64,000 bases of DNA from Bacteroidales bacterium (GCA_036261255.1 DATALD010000051.1:2575-66574), one strand, 5' to 3'; positions 43,687 through 54,347 are shown, counted from the stretch's first letter. Program-made: numbers and translations. The notes: generated by a model from the letters alone, not told the origin.

Positions 43687-45015
43687 TTAACTTGGATTCA
43701 ACATTCCATATCCTCTTTCACCATGGTAAGAGCGATCAAGACCTGCCATCTCATCAGATTCATCTGACTTGAACTTTATAAATTTATTCATCAGTACAAT
43801 GATTATATATGTCATAATTGCAGCATATACTATTGCTATACCAACAGCAAGTACCTGGATGCCTAGCTGGTTCAATATAGTCCAGCTGCCTCCGGCTGCT
43901 TCAGCCGCATCTTTCCACCACGATGGCCTTATGAAGAATGTGAGAAGGATAGCTCCTGTTATTCCACCGACGCCATGTATGCCAAAAGCGTCGAGGCTAT
44001 CATCGTAGCCAAGCTTGTTCTTCAACTGAATTGCCATATAACATATAAGCGAAGCCGTGGCGCCAAGTATCATTGCCCCATACGGCTGAACAACTCCTGC
44101 TGCGGGGGTCACTGCAACAAGTCCAGCTAAAATGCCGCTCGCAAAGCCCAACGATGTTGCTTTGCCCTGGTGAAAGCTTTCTATCACGATCCAGGCAAGT
44201 GCGCCTGAGGCGGCAGCCACCTGTGTAGCAGTGAGAGCCTGTGCTGTGCTTAATCCTGATGCAATGCTGCTTCCTGCGTTAAACCCGAACCATCCTACCC
44301 AGAGAAGGCCGGCGCCGAGCATAGTAATTACAAGGTTATTCGGGCGTATTACCTGGTAAGGATAACCTCTGCGGGCTCCGAGATAAAGAGCAGCTACAAG
44401 TCCGCTTACACCGGCTGAAATGTGAACAACTGTTCCCCCGGCAAAATCTATTGCTCCTTTAGCGCCGAGATTAAAGAGGAAGCCATCATTCGACCAGACC
44501 CAGTGACAAAGCGGATTGTAAACAAGCAAGCCCCACAAGGCGATGAAAAAACAGTATGCTTTAAAAGAGACCCTTTCAGCAAAGGCGCCTGCAATTAGGG
44601 CAGGCGTAATGATTGCAAATTTTCCCTGGAACATTGAAAAGACATATTCGGGTATTCCTGCTTCCATAACATTTTCGTCAATGCCTTTCAGAAAAAAATA
44701 GTCATTATTCCAACCAAACCATCCGAATAAAACATTCTTTCCAAAAGCCATGCTGTAACCGACAACAACCCATAATACACTTATAATACCCATTGAAACA
44801 AAACTATGCATTATTGTACCCAACACGTTTTTTGAACGAACCAATCCGCCGTAGAACATTGCAAGTCCCGGGATCATTAGCAATACAAGTGTTGTTGATG
44901 TCAGCATCCATGCTGTGGCGCCCGTGTCAATTGGAACACTTCCTTCAGCTGATAAAGCCTGGCTCATGGCCAGACTTACCAGGATCATCATACTTCTTTT
45001 AAGATACTTTCTCAT
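43687..45015 (-). CDS. amtB: Ammonium transporter (Amt family)
   Basis: 442 aa, 11-12 TM helices. DTGATAWML, AIDFAGGTVVHISAG, GWFGFNAGS and DDSLDAFGIHGVGGI. Confidence 0.95.
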   Translation of the reverse strand: MRKYLKRSMMILVSLAMSQALSAEGSVPIDTGATAWMLTSTTLVLLMIPGLAMFYGGLVRSKNVLGTIMHSFVSMGIISVLWVVVGYSMAFGKNVLFGWFGWNNDYFFLKGIDENVMEAGIPEYVFSMFQGKFAIITPALIAGAFAERVSFKAYCFFIALWGLLVYNPLCHWVWSNDGFLFNLGAKGAIDFAGGTVVHISAGVSGLVAALYLGARRGYPYQVIRPNNLVITMLGAGLLWVGWFGFNAGSSIASGLSTAQALTATQVAAASGALAWIVIESFHQGKATSLGFASGILAGLVAVTPAAGVVQPYGAMILGATASLICYMAIQLKNKLGYDDSLDAFGIHGVGGITGAILLTFFIRPSWWKDAAEAAGGSWTILNQLGIQVLAVGIAIVYAAIMTYIIIVLMNKFIKFKSDESDEMAGLDRSYHGERGYGMLNPS

Positions 45016-45034
45016 TTTATTTATTTATTTCATG

Positions 45035-45042
45035 CAAATATA
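45035..45042 (-). promoter_or_regulatory. Candidate -7 box (TATATTTG) for amtB-glnK
   Basis: Minus-strand TATATTTGCATG matches TAnnTTTG, 20 nt upstream of the amtB ATG. Confidence 0.35.
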
Positions 45043-45368
45043 TTCAAATTATAGGGGGCGCTGTCTTTTTTTTATTCTTTTTTCATTATATACCCTATTT
45101 TTTTAAGGGTCGTTCCTATTATTTCAATGCATATTATGATTTTCCCCCGGGCTGCAAGAGGGGATATGATTAAATAGCTTAATAAGTTGTAAAGGTTGTA
45201 GGCATAAAAAATGCAGAGAAATCATAGTAATCGCTAGCATCTAAGCCTAGTGCTGTGACTCAGGGAGTGTATTATTGACAATGCAAAGAAGCAAAGCAAA
45301 GATTTTGACATAAAATTATTTAAAAATATTTGAGGATTTAAAAAAAGTATATATTTTTAACCGTTTGA

Positions 45369-45401
45369 TTAAACCTTTTGGTTTAAGTATTTATTTAAAC
45401 C
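45369..45401. promoter_or_regulatory. Candidate TetR operator: palindrome TTAAACC-TTTT-GGTTTAA plus a third TTAAACC half-site
   Basis: Perfect 7-bp inverted repeat at 45369-45386 and another TTAAACC at 45395-45401, directly upstream of the TetR ATG candidates (45404 / 45422). Confidence 0.4.
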
Positions 45402-45421
45402 AAATGATAAAACTTAAGGAG

Positions 45422-46051
45422 ATGACAATTAATGACATGCAAACAGAAGACAGGATATTTGAAGCCGCTACAGAGGTTTTCGAAGAAAAAGGTCTTTCAG
45501 GCGCCCGGATGCAGCAGATAGCTGACAAAGCAGGCATCAACAAGGCCCTTCTGCATTATTATTTCAGGACAAAAGACCACCTGTTTGATGCAGTTTTTTC
45601 AAAGGTGGCGAATAAACTGATAATGAAGTTTAATCCAATAATGGATGAAAAACTGACTCTGGAAGAGAAGATACGTTTTTTCTTCACAGAGCACATAACA
45701 TTCCTTCAAAAGAACCCACGGCTTCCTGCCTTTGTCCTCAATGAAATAAACCACAACCCCGAACGGATCCTAAAGTTCATTATCAAAATGGATATTCATG
45801 CGTACTGGAAAAATATTCTGGATCAGCACAAGTATGAACTTCACAAATACAATATTACGGAAGAGACCCTCCCACAGATATTGACAACCATAGTGTCCAT
45901 AAGCATATTCCCATTTGCTGCAAAGGGTGTTGTCGAGACAATATTAAATCAGATGGGAGTGACTTTCAATGAATTTCTTGATAAAAGGAAGGATTTTGCT
46001 GCAGAATTCGTGATAAACGCAATAAAGAAATGTCCTGAAGAGACAAAATAA
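45422..46051 (+). CDS. TetR/AcrR family transcriptional regulator
   Basis: HTH region RIFEAATEVFEEKGLSGARMQQIADKAGINKALLHYYFRTKDHLF. The start is taken at ATG 45422 because the track TTG start at 45365 would run through the operator palindrome. Confidence 0.85.
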   Translation: MTINDMQTEDRIFEAATEVFEEKGLSGARMQQIADKAGINKALLHYYFRTKDHLFDAVFSKVANKLIMKFNPIMDEKLTLEEKIRFFFTEHITFLQKNPRLPAFVLNEINHNPERILKFIIKMDIHAYWKNILDQHKYELHKYNITEETLPQILTTIVSISIFPFAAKGVVETILNQMGVTFNEFLDKRKDFAAEFVINAIKKCPEETK

Positions 46052-46065
46052 TTAATAATACTACC

Positions 46066-47385
46066 ATGAACAATATCATATATAATACAGCACGCCTGAC
46101 AGTATTACTTTTTATGCTGTTCATTATTTCAGCGATAAACCTAAATGCACAGAAAGTACTTTCATTAACCGAATGCTATGAATCTGCAAATAAAATAAAC
46201 GCTCTTTCAACAGAAAAGAACATGTATTCTGATATTTCAACTTTGAAAGAAAAGAACATTGCAACAGGATGGCTTCCTTCACTTGATCTGAGTGGCAGCA
46301 TAGTTTACAATTCTGATGTTGCTGACATGGGGAATGTTCTTAAATCGTTGCCTTTCCCGGGAGTGGCTGACGCAATCAGTCCATTGCCTCATGATCAGTA
46401 TAAGATTACTCTCGAAATAAACCAGGTTATTTACGACGGGGGAACTATTAAAGGAGCCAGGGAACTTGAAAAGTCAGATAAGAAAGTAAACGAAAAACAA
46501 ACTGAAAGCGATCTTTATAAGCTCAGATCACAGATCAACACTTATTATTATAGTATTCTTCTCCTCAACAGGCAAAAGGAGCTTCTGAGTAATTACCTTC
46601 AAGTTATTGAGAAAAGATTAAAATCAATCAATTCAGGCATTGAGAATGGTGTAGTTTCAAAGAGTGATGCCGACGTTATTACAACCGAAAAGATAAACCT
46701 TCTCCAGCAGCTTTCGGAGAACAGTATCAAAAAAAATACTCTGCTGATTGTTCTTTCATCAATCACAGGCATAGATATTCCTGAAAAGGCTGAATTTACA
46801 GTGCCTGAAATATCAATTAATGCAGAAACTGAGCTTAATAGGCCCGAGCTTGCATTGTTCGATCTTAAAAAGGAACAACTATCAGCAGGTGAACAGCTTA
46901 TCAACAGTAAAAGAATGCCAAAAGCATTTGGCTTTGCAACGCTGGGCTATGGCAACCCTCCGGGAAGCAACTTCTTTGCTGATGAATTTGATACATATTA
47001 TATAATAGGTGGAGGCATAAAGTGGAATATTTTCGACTGGAACAAAGCTAAAAACGATAAACAGGTAATATCGATCCAGAAAAACATCATAGAAAACAGG
47101 AAAAAGGATCTTGAAGACAATCTTACAAGGCAACTCAGAATCAAACAGTCTGAAATACAAACACTTGAAAAGCTGGCAACAGATGATGCTGAACTTATTA
47201 ATCTTAGAAAGAGGATAACTGCATCAGCTGAATCACAATATGATAACGGTGTAATAACGGCCACAGAATACCTGAACATACTGAATTCTGAGAAACAGAC
47301 ACTAATCAACTCCGAAATACATAAAGTTAACCTGGCTCTTGCCAAAACTGATTATCTGAATATATCAGGCAAAGAACTTCAATAA
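46066..47385 (+). CDS. TolC family outer-membrane efflux protein
   Basis: 439 aa with a signal peptide. Two-repeat coiled-coil/beta-barrel pattern typical of outer membrane factor proteins (LSL.EC...A...N, ..YDGG...). First gene after TetR. Confidence 0.85.
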   Translation: MNNIIYNTARLTVLLFMLFIISAINLNAQKVLSLTECYESANKINALSTEKNMYSDISTLKEKNIATGWLPSLDLSGSIVYNSDVADMGNVLKSLPFPGVADAISPLPHDQYKITLEINQVIYDGGTIKGARELEKSDKKVNEKQTESDLYKLRSQINTYYYSILLLNRQKELLSNYLQVIEKRLKSINSGIENGVVSKSDADVITTEKINLLQQLSENSIKKNTLLIVLSSITGIDIPEKAEFTVPEISINAETELNRPELALFDLKKEQLSAGEQLINSKRMPKAFGFATLGYGNPPGSNFFADEFDTYYIIGGGIKWNIFDWNKAKNDKQVISIQKNIIENRKKDLEDNLTRQLRIKQSEIQTLEKLATDDAELINLRKRITASAESQYDNGVITATEYLNILNSEKQTLINSEIHKVNLALAKTDYLNISGKELQ

Positions 47386-47395
47386 TGTAAAAACC

Positions 47396-48286
47396 ATGAA
47401 AAAGATTTTTATACTAATCGTCCCATCGTTTTTTATTTTGTCATGCAGTGAAAACGGCAATGAAGCTGATGCTTATGGGAATTTCGAAGCAACTGAAGTT
47501 ACTGTATCATCTGAAACAAATGGAAGAATACTACAGTACATTCCTGAAGAAGGATCACAGATAAAAAAAGCTGAAACAATTGCATTGATTGACACCACAC
47601 TCTTTTCATTGCAAAAGGCTGAACTCATCGCAGGAATGAATGGCATCAGGACAAAACTTGCAACGATAGATGCACAGAATGCGATCCTAAACCAGCAAAT
47701 AGAAAACCTTTCAGTAAATATTAAACGTACCGAAAAGATGCTGGCTGACGAAGCTGTTCCTTTAAAGCAGATGGATGATCTGACTGGCCAAAGAGCCGTT
47801 TTTGAGAAACAAATAGCAGCAAATAACACTCAGAAAAATTCAATTGCATCAGAGTTACAGGTATTTCAGTCTAAGCTGAAAACTCTTAATGAGCAGATTG
47901 ACAGATCTTCAGTAAAAAGTCCGCTGGATGGTACTATTATCCAGAAATATGCCGAGGAAGGTGAACTTGCAACAACAGGCAAACCTATTGCTAAAATTGC
48001 AGAGCTTGGTATGATGAAATTAAAAGTCTATGTAAGCGGAGCTTCAATAGGTGATGTCAAAACCGGTCAGAAGTGTATCGTAAGAACAGATAAAGGAGAA
48101 AAAGGTTTCAGTGAATTCAGCGGCACAGTATCTTATATTTCCCCTAAAGCCGAATTCACACCTAAAATCATCCAGACAAAAGAAGAAAGAGTGACATTGG
48201 TTTATGCCGTTACGATCAATGTTGAGAACGATGGTACAATTAAGTCGGGCATGCCCGGTGAAGCTATATTCAAATCAAATGAATAA
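47396..48286 (+). CDS. HlyD-family membrane fusion (periplasmic adaptor) protein
   Basis: Lipoprotein-like signal (FFILSCSEN), central coiled coil and barrel-sandwich ends (V.SP.DG.I..), with C-terminal FTPK.IQTKEERV.LVYAV...V.N. Confidence 0.85.
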   Translation: MKKIFILIVPSFFILSCSENGNEADAYGNFEATEVTVSSETNGRILQYIPEEGSQIKKAETIALIDTTLFSLQKAELIAGMNGIRTKLATIDAQNAILNQQIENLSVNIKRTEKMLADEAVPLKQMDDLTGQRAVFEKQIAANNTQKNSIASELQVFQSKLKTLNEQIDRSSVKSPLDGTIIQKYAEEGELATTGKPIAKIAELGMMKLKVYVSGASIGDVKTGQKCIVRTDKGEKGFSEFSGTVSYISPKAEFTPKIIQTKEERVTLVYAVTINVENDGTIKSGMPGEAIFKSNE

Positions 48287-49190
48287 TGTTATAGAGGCAT
48301 CAGGCCTGTTCAAAAGCTTTGGAGATACCCGGGCTTTAAATGATATAAGCATCACAGCTAATCAGTCAGAAATATTTGGGTTCATTGGCCCTGATGGAGC
48401 CGGCAAAACAACATTGTTCAGGATAATAACTACATTGCTGCTTCCCGACGAGGGAAAGGTTACAGTTCTTGGCGAGGATTGTGTTAAAGGATACCGTCAT
48501 TTAAGAGAAAGGATCGGGTATATGCCGGGTCGGTTTAGCCTTTACCAGGATCTGTCTGTTGAAGAGAACCTGAACTTCTATGCAACAGTATTTGGTACAA
48601 CTGTTAAAGAGAATTACGACCTCATTGCCGATATTTATTCGCATATCGAGCCATTTAAGAAGCGTCTTGCAGGTAAGCTCTCCGGGGGAATGAAGCAGAA
48701 ACTGGCTTTATCATGTGCCCTGATTCACAAACCCGATCTGCTTGTCCTGGATGAGCCTACCACAGGTGTTGATGCAGTTTCAAGATCGGAGTTCTGGACA
48801 ATGCTTTCGCGTCTGAGAAAGCATAATATTACAATACTTGTCTCTACTCCGTACATGGATGAAGCAATGCAATGCGACAGGGTTGCACTTATTCAAAAAG
48901 GGAAGATACTTTCGGTTGATACCCCAGGAAATGTATGCCAGGGCTTCACAAGAAAGATGTTTATTGTAAAAGCCGGATCAAGATATAACCTGATAAAAGC
49001 TCTCAGAAATTACAGTGAAACAATATCAGCATATCCTTTCGGTGATTCTGTCCATCTGACAACCTCATCAGACAGAATTGAAGATTCACTTTTGGAGCAT
49101 TTAAGAAAAGAGGGTATTTATGATTTTGTATTTGAAGAAGCGCCTGCCGGTATAGAAGACAGGTTCCTTGAATTAATGGAAAAGAATTGA
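48279..49190 (+). CDS. ABC transporter ATP-binding protein (ABC-2/YbhF-like, first NBD)
   Basis: Walker A GPDGAGKTT, signature LSGGMKQK and Walker B LLVLDEPT. The ATG at 48279 overlaps the HlyD stop (ATGAATAA). Confidence 0.9.
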   Translation: MNNVIEASGLFKSFGDTRALNDISITANQSEIFGFIGPDGAGKTTLFRIITTLLLPDEGKVTVLGEDCVKGYRHLRERIGYMPGRFSLYQDLSVEENLNFYATVFGTTVKENYDLIADIYSHIEPFKKRLAGKLSGGMKQKLALSCALIHKPDLLVLDEPTTGVDAVSRSEFWTMLSRLRKHNITILVSTPYMDEAMQCDRVALIQKGKILSVDTPGNVCQGFTRKMFIVKAGSRYNLIKALRNYSETISAYPFGDSVHLTTSSDRIEDSLLEHLRKEGIYDFVFEEAPAGIEDRFLELMEKN

Positions 49191-49960
49191 AGCAGATTAT
49201 GTCAGCAGAACCGGTAATATCAGTAAAACATCTTTATAAGAAATTTGGCAGTTTTATTGCCAACAACGATCTCAATTTTGAAGTATCAGAAGGCGAGATA
49301 TTCGGCTTCCTGGGAGCTAACGGAGCCGGCAAAACAACTGCAATAAGGATTCTTTCAGGATTATCAGAACCAACTTCAGGTAAGGTTATTGTGGCAGGCT
49401 TCGATGTTGGCAAACATCCTGAAAAAGTAAAGAAGAACATTGGTTACATGTGCCAGAAGTTCTCACTTTACGAAGACCTGACAGTAAAAGAAAATATTGT
49501 GCTTTATGGAGGAATTTACGGACTTAAAAAGAACACAATAAAAGAGAGAACATCTGAACTCCTGGAGAAGCTGAATTTCAGTTCTTTTGAAAAGCGGATT
49601 ATTGCAGATCTTCCTCTCGGACTAAAGCAGAAACTTGCATTCTCTGTTGCCATTATCCACAAACCAAAGATCGTTTTTCTTGATGAACCGACAGGTGGGG
49701 TCGACCCTGTCACAAGAAGGCAGTTCTGGGAAATGATTTACGAAACTGCAGCAAATGGTATTACTGTTTTTGTAACAACTCATTATATGGATGAAGCTGA
49801 ATATTGCGATCGCATTTCTATAATGAATGAAGGCAGGATAGCTGCAATCGGTACTCCTGCAAACCTGAAAAAGCAATTCAGCGCATCGAGTGTAGAAGAG
49901 GTTTTTATAAGCATTGCAAGACCTGCTGATGACACCAAAGAACATTTAAAAGCGGAATAG
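49187..49960 (+). CDS. ABC transporter ATP-binding protein (second NBD)
   Basis: Walker A GANGAGKTT and Walker B IVFLDEPTGG. The TTG at 49187 overlaps the previous stop, and an in-frame ATG lies at 49199. Confidence 0.9.
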   Translation: MKQIMSAEPVISVKHLYKKFGSFIANNDLNFEVSEGEIFGFLGANGAGKTTAIRILSGLSEPTSGKVIVAGFDVGKHPEKVKKNIGYMCQKFSLYEDLTVKENIVLYGGIYGLKKNTIKERTSELLEKLNFSSFEKRIIADLPLGLKQKLAFSVAIIHKPKIVFLDEPTGGVDPVTRRQFWEMIYETAANGITVFVTTHYMDEAEYCDRISIMNEGRIAAIGTPANLKKQFSASSVEEVFISIARPADDTKEHLKAE

Positions 49961-51067
49961 ATGAAGCGATTTTTTGGATTTATAAAAAAAGAGTTTCTGC
50001 ATATTTTCAGGGATTACCGCACGCTTATAATATTATTCGGGATACCTGCAGCGCAGATCTTAATATTCGGATATGCTGTATCTATGGATGTTAAGGAAGC
50101 AGGAGTTGCGATTCTTGATATGTCAAAAGATGAAGCTTCAAGGCAGTTATCATCCAAACTTGTTTCTTCAGAATTCTTTAAAGAAACGGGCAGTCTCCAA
50201 AATTATGAAGATATAGACAGGATTTTCAAGGAGGGCAATACTAAAGCTGTGTTTGTGTTTGGTGATAATTTCGGAGAAAGTTTAACGTCTGAAGGAAGAG
50301 CTCCCCTGATGATAGTTGCCGATGGCTCTGAACCCAATACTGCAACACTTGTAACAAATTATGCCATGGCAATAATAAACGACTTCATTCTTGAGTATAA
50401 TTCCGGAATGAACATCAAGTCAGCTATTCAGCCTGAAGTCAGAATGTTCTATAACCCGGAACTAAGCAGTCATTTCATGTTCGTTCCCGGAGTTATTACA
50501 CTCATACTTATATTAATATGTGCATTGATGACATCAGTTACAATAACCCGTGAAAAAGAGTTCGGGACCATGGAGGTGTTGCTTGTTTCTCCACTCCGCC
50601 CATGGCAGATAATTACAGGAAAAGTAATGCCATATTTCCTTCTCTCGCTTATCAATGTCATTATGATCCTCATTTTATCATGGTTTGTATTCCACCTGCC
50701 GGTTAAAGGTAGTTTAATCCTTCTATTGGCTGAAAGCATGCTTTATATTTTAATGAGTCTCACGCTGGGCATTCTTATCTCCACCGTATCATCGAACATG
50801 CAACAGGCAATATTCATTTCTCTTATAGGGTTGATGCTGCCGACAATACTTCTTTCCGGCTTCATTTTTCCAATAGAGAACATGCCTAAGGTTTATGATT
50901 ATGTTAGCATGATACTCCCTCCCAGGTATTTTATTACAATAATTAAAAGCATTATGATAAAAGGAACAGGTATAGCAAATGTATGGAAAGAAACACTGGT
51001 ACTTGTTTTTATGACTTTTACTTTTGCTGTGTTAAGCATGAAGAAATTCAAAGTAAGATTAGAGTAA
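49961..51067 (+). CDS. ABC-2 type transporter permease (YbhS/YbhR-like)
   Basis: 368 aa. One N-terminal TM, a large extracytoplasmic loop, then 5 C-terminal TMs (..TREKEFGTMEVLLVSP..). Starts 1 nt after the NBD stop. Confidence 0.88.
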   Translation: MKRFFGFIKKEFLHIFRDYRTLIILFGIPAAQILIFGYAVSMDVKEAGVAILDMSKDEASRQLSSKLVSSEFFKETGSLQNYEDIDRIFKEGNTKAVFVFGDNFGESLTSEGRAPLMIVADGSEPNTATLVTNYAMAIINDFILEYNSGMNIKSAIQPEVRMFYNPELSSHFMFVPGVITLILILICALMTSVTITREKEFGTMEVLLVSPLRPWQIITGKVMPYFLLSLINVIMILILSWFVFHLPVKGSLILLLAESMLYILMSLTLGILISTVSSNMQQAIFISLIGLMLPTILLSGFIFPIENMPKVYDYVSMILPPRYFITIIKSIMIKGTGIANVWKETLVLVFMTFTFAVLSMKKFKVRLE

Positions 51068-51088
51068 GGCAATTATTAAAAGATTTCT

Positions 51089-52204
51089 ATGAGAACAACA
51101 TTATATCTTATCAGAAAAGAATTTCTGCAGATCTTCCGGAACAAATTTATCTCTAAAGCTATTTTCATGGTTCCCATTCTTCAAATGCTTATTCTTGTAC
51201 CTGCAATAACTTTCGAGATAAAAAATCTTAATATTACAATTGTTGACAAAGATATGAGCCCGGAGTCAAGAGATCTGATCAGCAGGCTTGAAGGTTCATC
51301 ATTCTTTAATATAGTTAAAATGTCAACTTCGGTTGAGGATGCGGAAGAACAATTTAGGAGCAATAGAAGCACATTGATACTCGAATTCCCTTCAGGATTT
51401 GGAAAGGATATTGCAAGTGGTGAAACCGGTAAATTGATGGCATCTGTAGATGCAGTAAATGCTTCATCGGCGCAGTTATCCTGGGCTTATTTAAATGGGG
51501 TAATCCGCGACTATAATTCTGAATTGGCATCAGCAAATATGAATCATGCAGCTGCTATGCCAAAAATGATTGACGTAACTAACAGGTTCTGGTACAATGA
51601 AAGTCTCAATTACAAGTATTATATGCTCCCCGGGATCCTTGTTGTGCTTGTCACCGCAATAGGGTTCCTGCTTGCCGGTTTGAATATGGTAAGAGAGAAA
51701 GAAATTGGGACGATAGAGCAAATCAACGTTACTCCTGTAAGAAAATACCAGTTCATTGCAGCCAAAATGGTACCATTTCTGTTGATCGGGCTTGCTGATC
51801 TTGCACTAGGTCTTTTACTTGGTAAATTATTCTTTAAAATTCCTTTTGAAGGAAATATCCTGGTTATGTTTTTGGGGGCAACGATCTTCCTCATTGCAGT
51901 ACTGGCACTAGCACTTTTCATTTCGACATTATCAGGAACCCAGCAACAATATATGTTCATAGCATTCTTCTTCATGATAATTTTTATCCTGATGAGTGGT
52001 ATATTTACACCTCTTGAAAGTATGCCTGACTGGGCGCAAAAATTCGATTTTGTTAATCCTGTTGCTTACCTTATAAAGATAAACCGAATGGTAATGCTTA
52101 AAGGATCGGAATTTATTGATATTTCAGGAGAATTACTGTCATTAACAGCAGTTTCAGTAGTCTTCAGCATTCTTGCAATCAGGAGATACAGGAAGACTGC
52201 ATAA
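51089..52204 (+). CDS. ABC-2 type transporter permease (paralog)
   Basis: 371 aa with the same topology and motif (VREKEIGTIEQINVTP). Confidence 0.88.
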   Translation: MRTTLYLIRKEFLQIFRNKFISKAIFMVPILQMLILVPAITFEIKNLNITIVDKDMSPESRDLISRLEGSSFFNIVKMSTSVEDAEEQFRSNRSTLILEFPSGFGKDIASGETGKLMASVDAVNASSAQLSWAYLNGVIRDYNSELASANMNHAAAMPKMIDVTNRFWYNESLNYKYYMLPGILVVLVTAIGFLLAGLNMVREKEIGTIEQINVTPVRKYQFIAAKMVPFLLIGLADLALGLLLGKLFFKIPFEGNILVMFLGATIFLIAVLALALFISTLSGTQQQYMFIAFFFMIIFILMSGIFTPLESMPDWAQKFDFVNPVAYLIKINRMVMLKGSEFIDISGELLSLTAVSVVFSILAIRRYRKTA

Positions 52205-52206
52205 TG

Positions 52207-53286
52207 CTATCTTCTCACCCTCGCATTCCCCTTCCAGATGCTCCACACCTGTTCTTCATCAGCCGGAAGTCCGTAATCGGTTAAAACAGTTGTTGCAAGA
52301 GCTCCTGTTGCCCATCCAAACTGTATCCATTTCTCAGGCTCCCACCCTTTGAGAATTCCATATAACAACCCTCCAACAAACCCATCACCACCTCCTATCC
52401 TGTCAAGAACATGTATCTCACGGGGCTCAACAACATGCCATTTTTCTCCTTCAAGCATTATTGCTCCCCAGAGATGCTCATTAACGCTTATTACTTCACG
52501 GAGCGTTGTTGCAAATACGCTGGCGTGTGGATGTGCCTGTCTGACCCTGTTTATCATCTCCTTAAAGCTTTCAATCTTTGACAAGAGTCCTTTTCCTCCT
52601 TCTTCAGGGCCTTGTATTCCGAGGCATAGTTGAAAATCTTCTTCATTGCCCACCAGGATATCGGCAACTCCTGCTATTGCCCTGAAACTGTCAGCTAGCT
52701 CTTTTTCGCGGCCTTTCCAGAACGACGCCCTGTAATTAAGGTCGAAGGAGATAAGTGAACCGCTCTTCTTTGCTCTTTTTGCAAGCTCGAGACAAAAGGA
52801 TGTTGTTTCATGTGAAAGGGCAGCAATTAGCCCCGATAGATGCAGTATTGCAACACCTTCCTTGTTGAAGAGCTTTTCAAGGTCATAATCACCAGCCTTA
52901 AGCGTACGACCAACCTCCCCTGCGCGATCGTTATGCACTCGCGGTCCCCTTGATCCATAACCAGTATCTGCAATATTGAACTGGTGCCTGTAACCCCAAG
53001 GCCCGCCTTGTTCTACATCGGGGCCTTCCCATGATATATTTCTGCTTGCCAGATTGTCTTTTATAAACCTTGCTATCGGACTGTCTTTAACAAATGCTGT
53101 CAGAACTTTAGCGGGTAATCCGAGATATGAGGAAACACTTATAACATTCGATTCAGCGCTTGTTGCATACAAATTGAATGTGTTACTGCAATGAACAGGC
53201 TGGCTGTCAACCGGAGTTATCCTTACACCCATGCTAGTTGGGACTACAAGCGCCCACCTGTAATCTCTTTTCAATTCTGATTTCAT
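52207..53286 (-). CDS. PfkB-family sugar kinase (2-keto-3-deoxygluconate kinase-like)
   Basis: 359 aa with the C-terminal PfkB signature VLDRIGGGDGFVGGLLYG. Substrate is not determinable from sequence alone. Confidence 0.75.
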   Translation of the reverse strand: MKSELKRDYRWALVVPTSMGVRITPVDSQPVHCSNTFNLYATSAESNVISVSSYLGLPAKVLTAFVKDSPIARFIKDNLASRNISWEGPDVEQGGPWGYRHQFNIADTGYGSRGPRVHNDRAGEVGRTLKAGDYDLEKLFNKEGVAILHLSGLIAALSHETTSFCLELAKRAKKSGSLISFDLNYRASFWKGREKELADSFRAIAGVADILVGNEEDFQLCLGIQGPEEGGKGLLSKIESFKEMINRVRQAHPHASVFATTLREVISVNEHLWGAIMLEGEKWHVVEPREIHVLDRIGGGDGFVGGLLYGILKGWEPEKWIQFGWATGALATTVLTDYGLPADEEQVWSIWKGNARVRR

Positions 53287-53310
53287 TGATAATAAAATGA
53301 GTTTATTATA

Positions 53311-54177
53311 TTAATTCAATCCGATAGTTGCAACAACCGGCCAATGATTTGAGATAAATATGCTGCCTTTTTTATAAGGTACAATAGTATGTTCATAGAC
53401 TTTCAGACCGCTCTTAACAAGTATATAATCTGTTCTTCCGAAGCCAGTTTCATCTGAGAAATTATTAAATGTAAATTCTGGTCCCTCAGGTTTCTTTTCT
53501 GATACAAGATATGAATCCTGAAGAACTGAAAGATTGGCCCCCTCACCGGCAAGGGCTGAATATTCGGGGCTATGAGGAAACATATTGAAATCTCCAGCGA
53601 CGATAAAAGGGAATGAACCTGCAATCTTTGGTATCTCGTCATTCAATATCATTGAGCTTCTTAATCGTGCTGAGTCAGAATCTTCGGCAAAGCGGGTGTT
53701 GAAGAAAAAAAGGTGTTCATGACTATCTTTTTTTACAAGCTCGACCCATGTAACAATCCGGGGAGACAATGATCCCCATCCAAGCGAACCCGCGGAATCG
53801 GGCTCTTCTGACAACCAGAATGTCAGAGTCCTTGTTATATCAAATTTGTCCTTCCTGAAGAAAACCGGGTTCATCTCGCCTTTCCTGAAACCATCTTCTC
53901 CTGCTATACCTGCAGAAGCATATTTGTCCAATGCTGAATCGAGCACAGTATATTGTGTCCAGAGAACTTCCTGCATTCCAATAATATCCGGGTCTTCCTG
54001 ATATATGAATTCAAGTACCGGATCTATTCTATTTAACCATGAGTTTAGGCTATCGTTTGGATTCTCGTGCTTAATATTCAGGGAGATAACCTTTATTGCA
54101 TCTTTTTTACTTCCTTTCCCGCAGCCCGTTACAAGAAAAACCAAGAGTGTGAGTGAATAAAAAATCTGCTTTCCCAT
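53311..54177 (-). CDS. Endonuclease/exonuclease/phosphatase (EEP) family lipoprotein
   Basis: Signal LLVFLVTGCGK, then VISLNI.., IIGMQEV, AGDFN and SNHWPV. Confidence 0.8.
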   Translation of the reverse strand: MGKQIFYSLTLLVFLVTGCGKGSKKDAIKVISLNIKHENPNDSLNSWLNRIDPVLEFIYQEDPDIIGMQEVLWTQYTVLDSALDKYASAGIAGEDGFRKGEMNPVFFRKDKFDITRTLTFWLSEEPDSAGSLGWGSLSPRIVTWVELVKKDSHEHLFFFNTRFAEDSDSARLRSSMILNDEIPKIAGSFPFIVAGDFNMFPHSPEYSALAGEGANLSVLQDSYLVSEKKPEGPEFTFNNFSDETGFGRTDYILVKSGLKVYEHTIVPYKKGSIFISNHWPVVATIGLN

Positions 54178-54280
54178 AATAAAAGAGGTTAATGAACATC
54201 AAATTTACGTTTGAAAAAATAAAAAACACTAATTCCGGCCAAATATTATAAGTATCATTCCACATTTCTTTGCACCTTTA

Positions 54281-54288
54281 TATATTTG
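54281..54288 (+). promoter_or_regulatory. Candidate -7 box (TATATTTG) for mutL
   Basis: TATATTTGCAT matches TAnnTTTG, 60 nt upstream of the ATG at 54348. Confidence 0.3.
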
Positions 54289-54347
54289 CATAGAAGTTGA
54301 AACCTGTCATTTTTTTTACCTTACAAAACGATCTAACTTACAATCTG

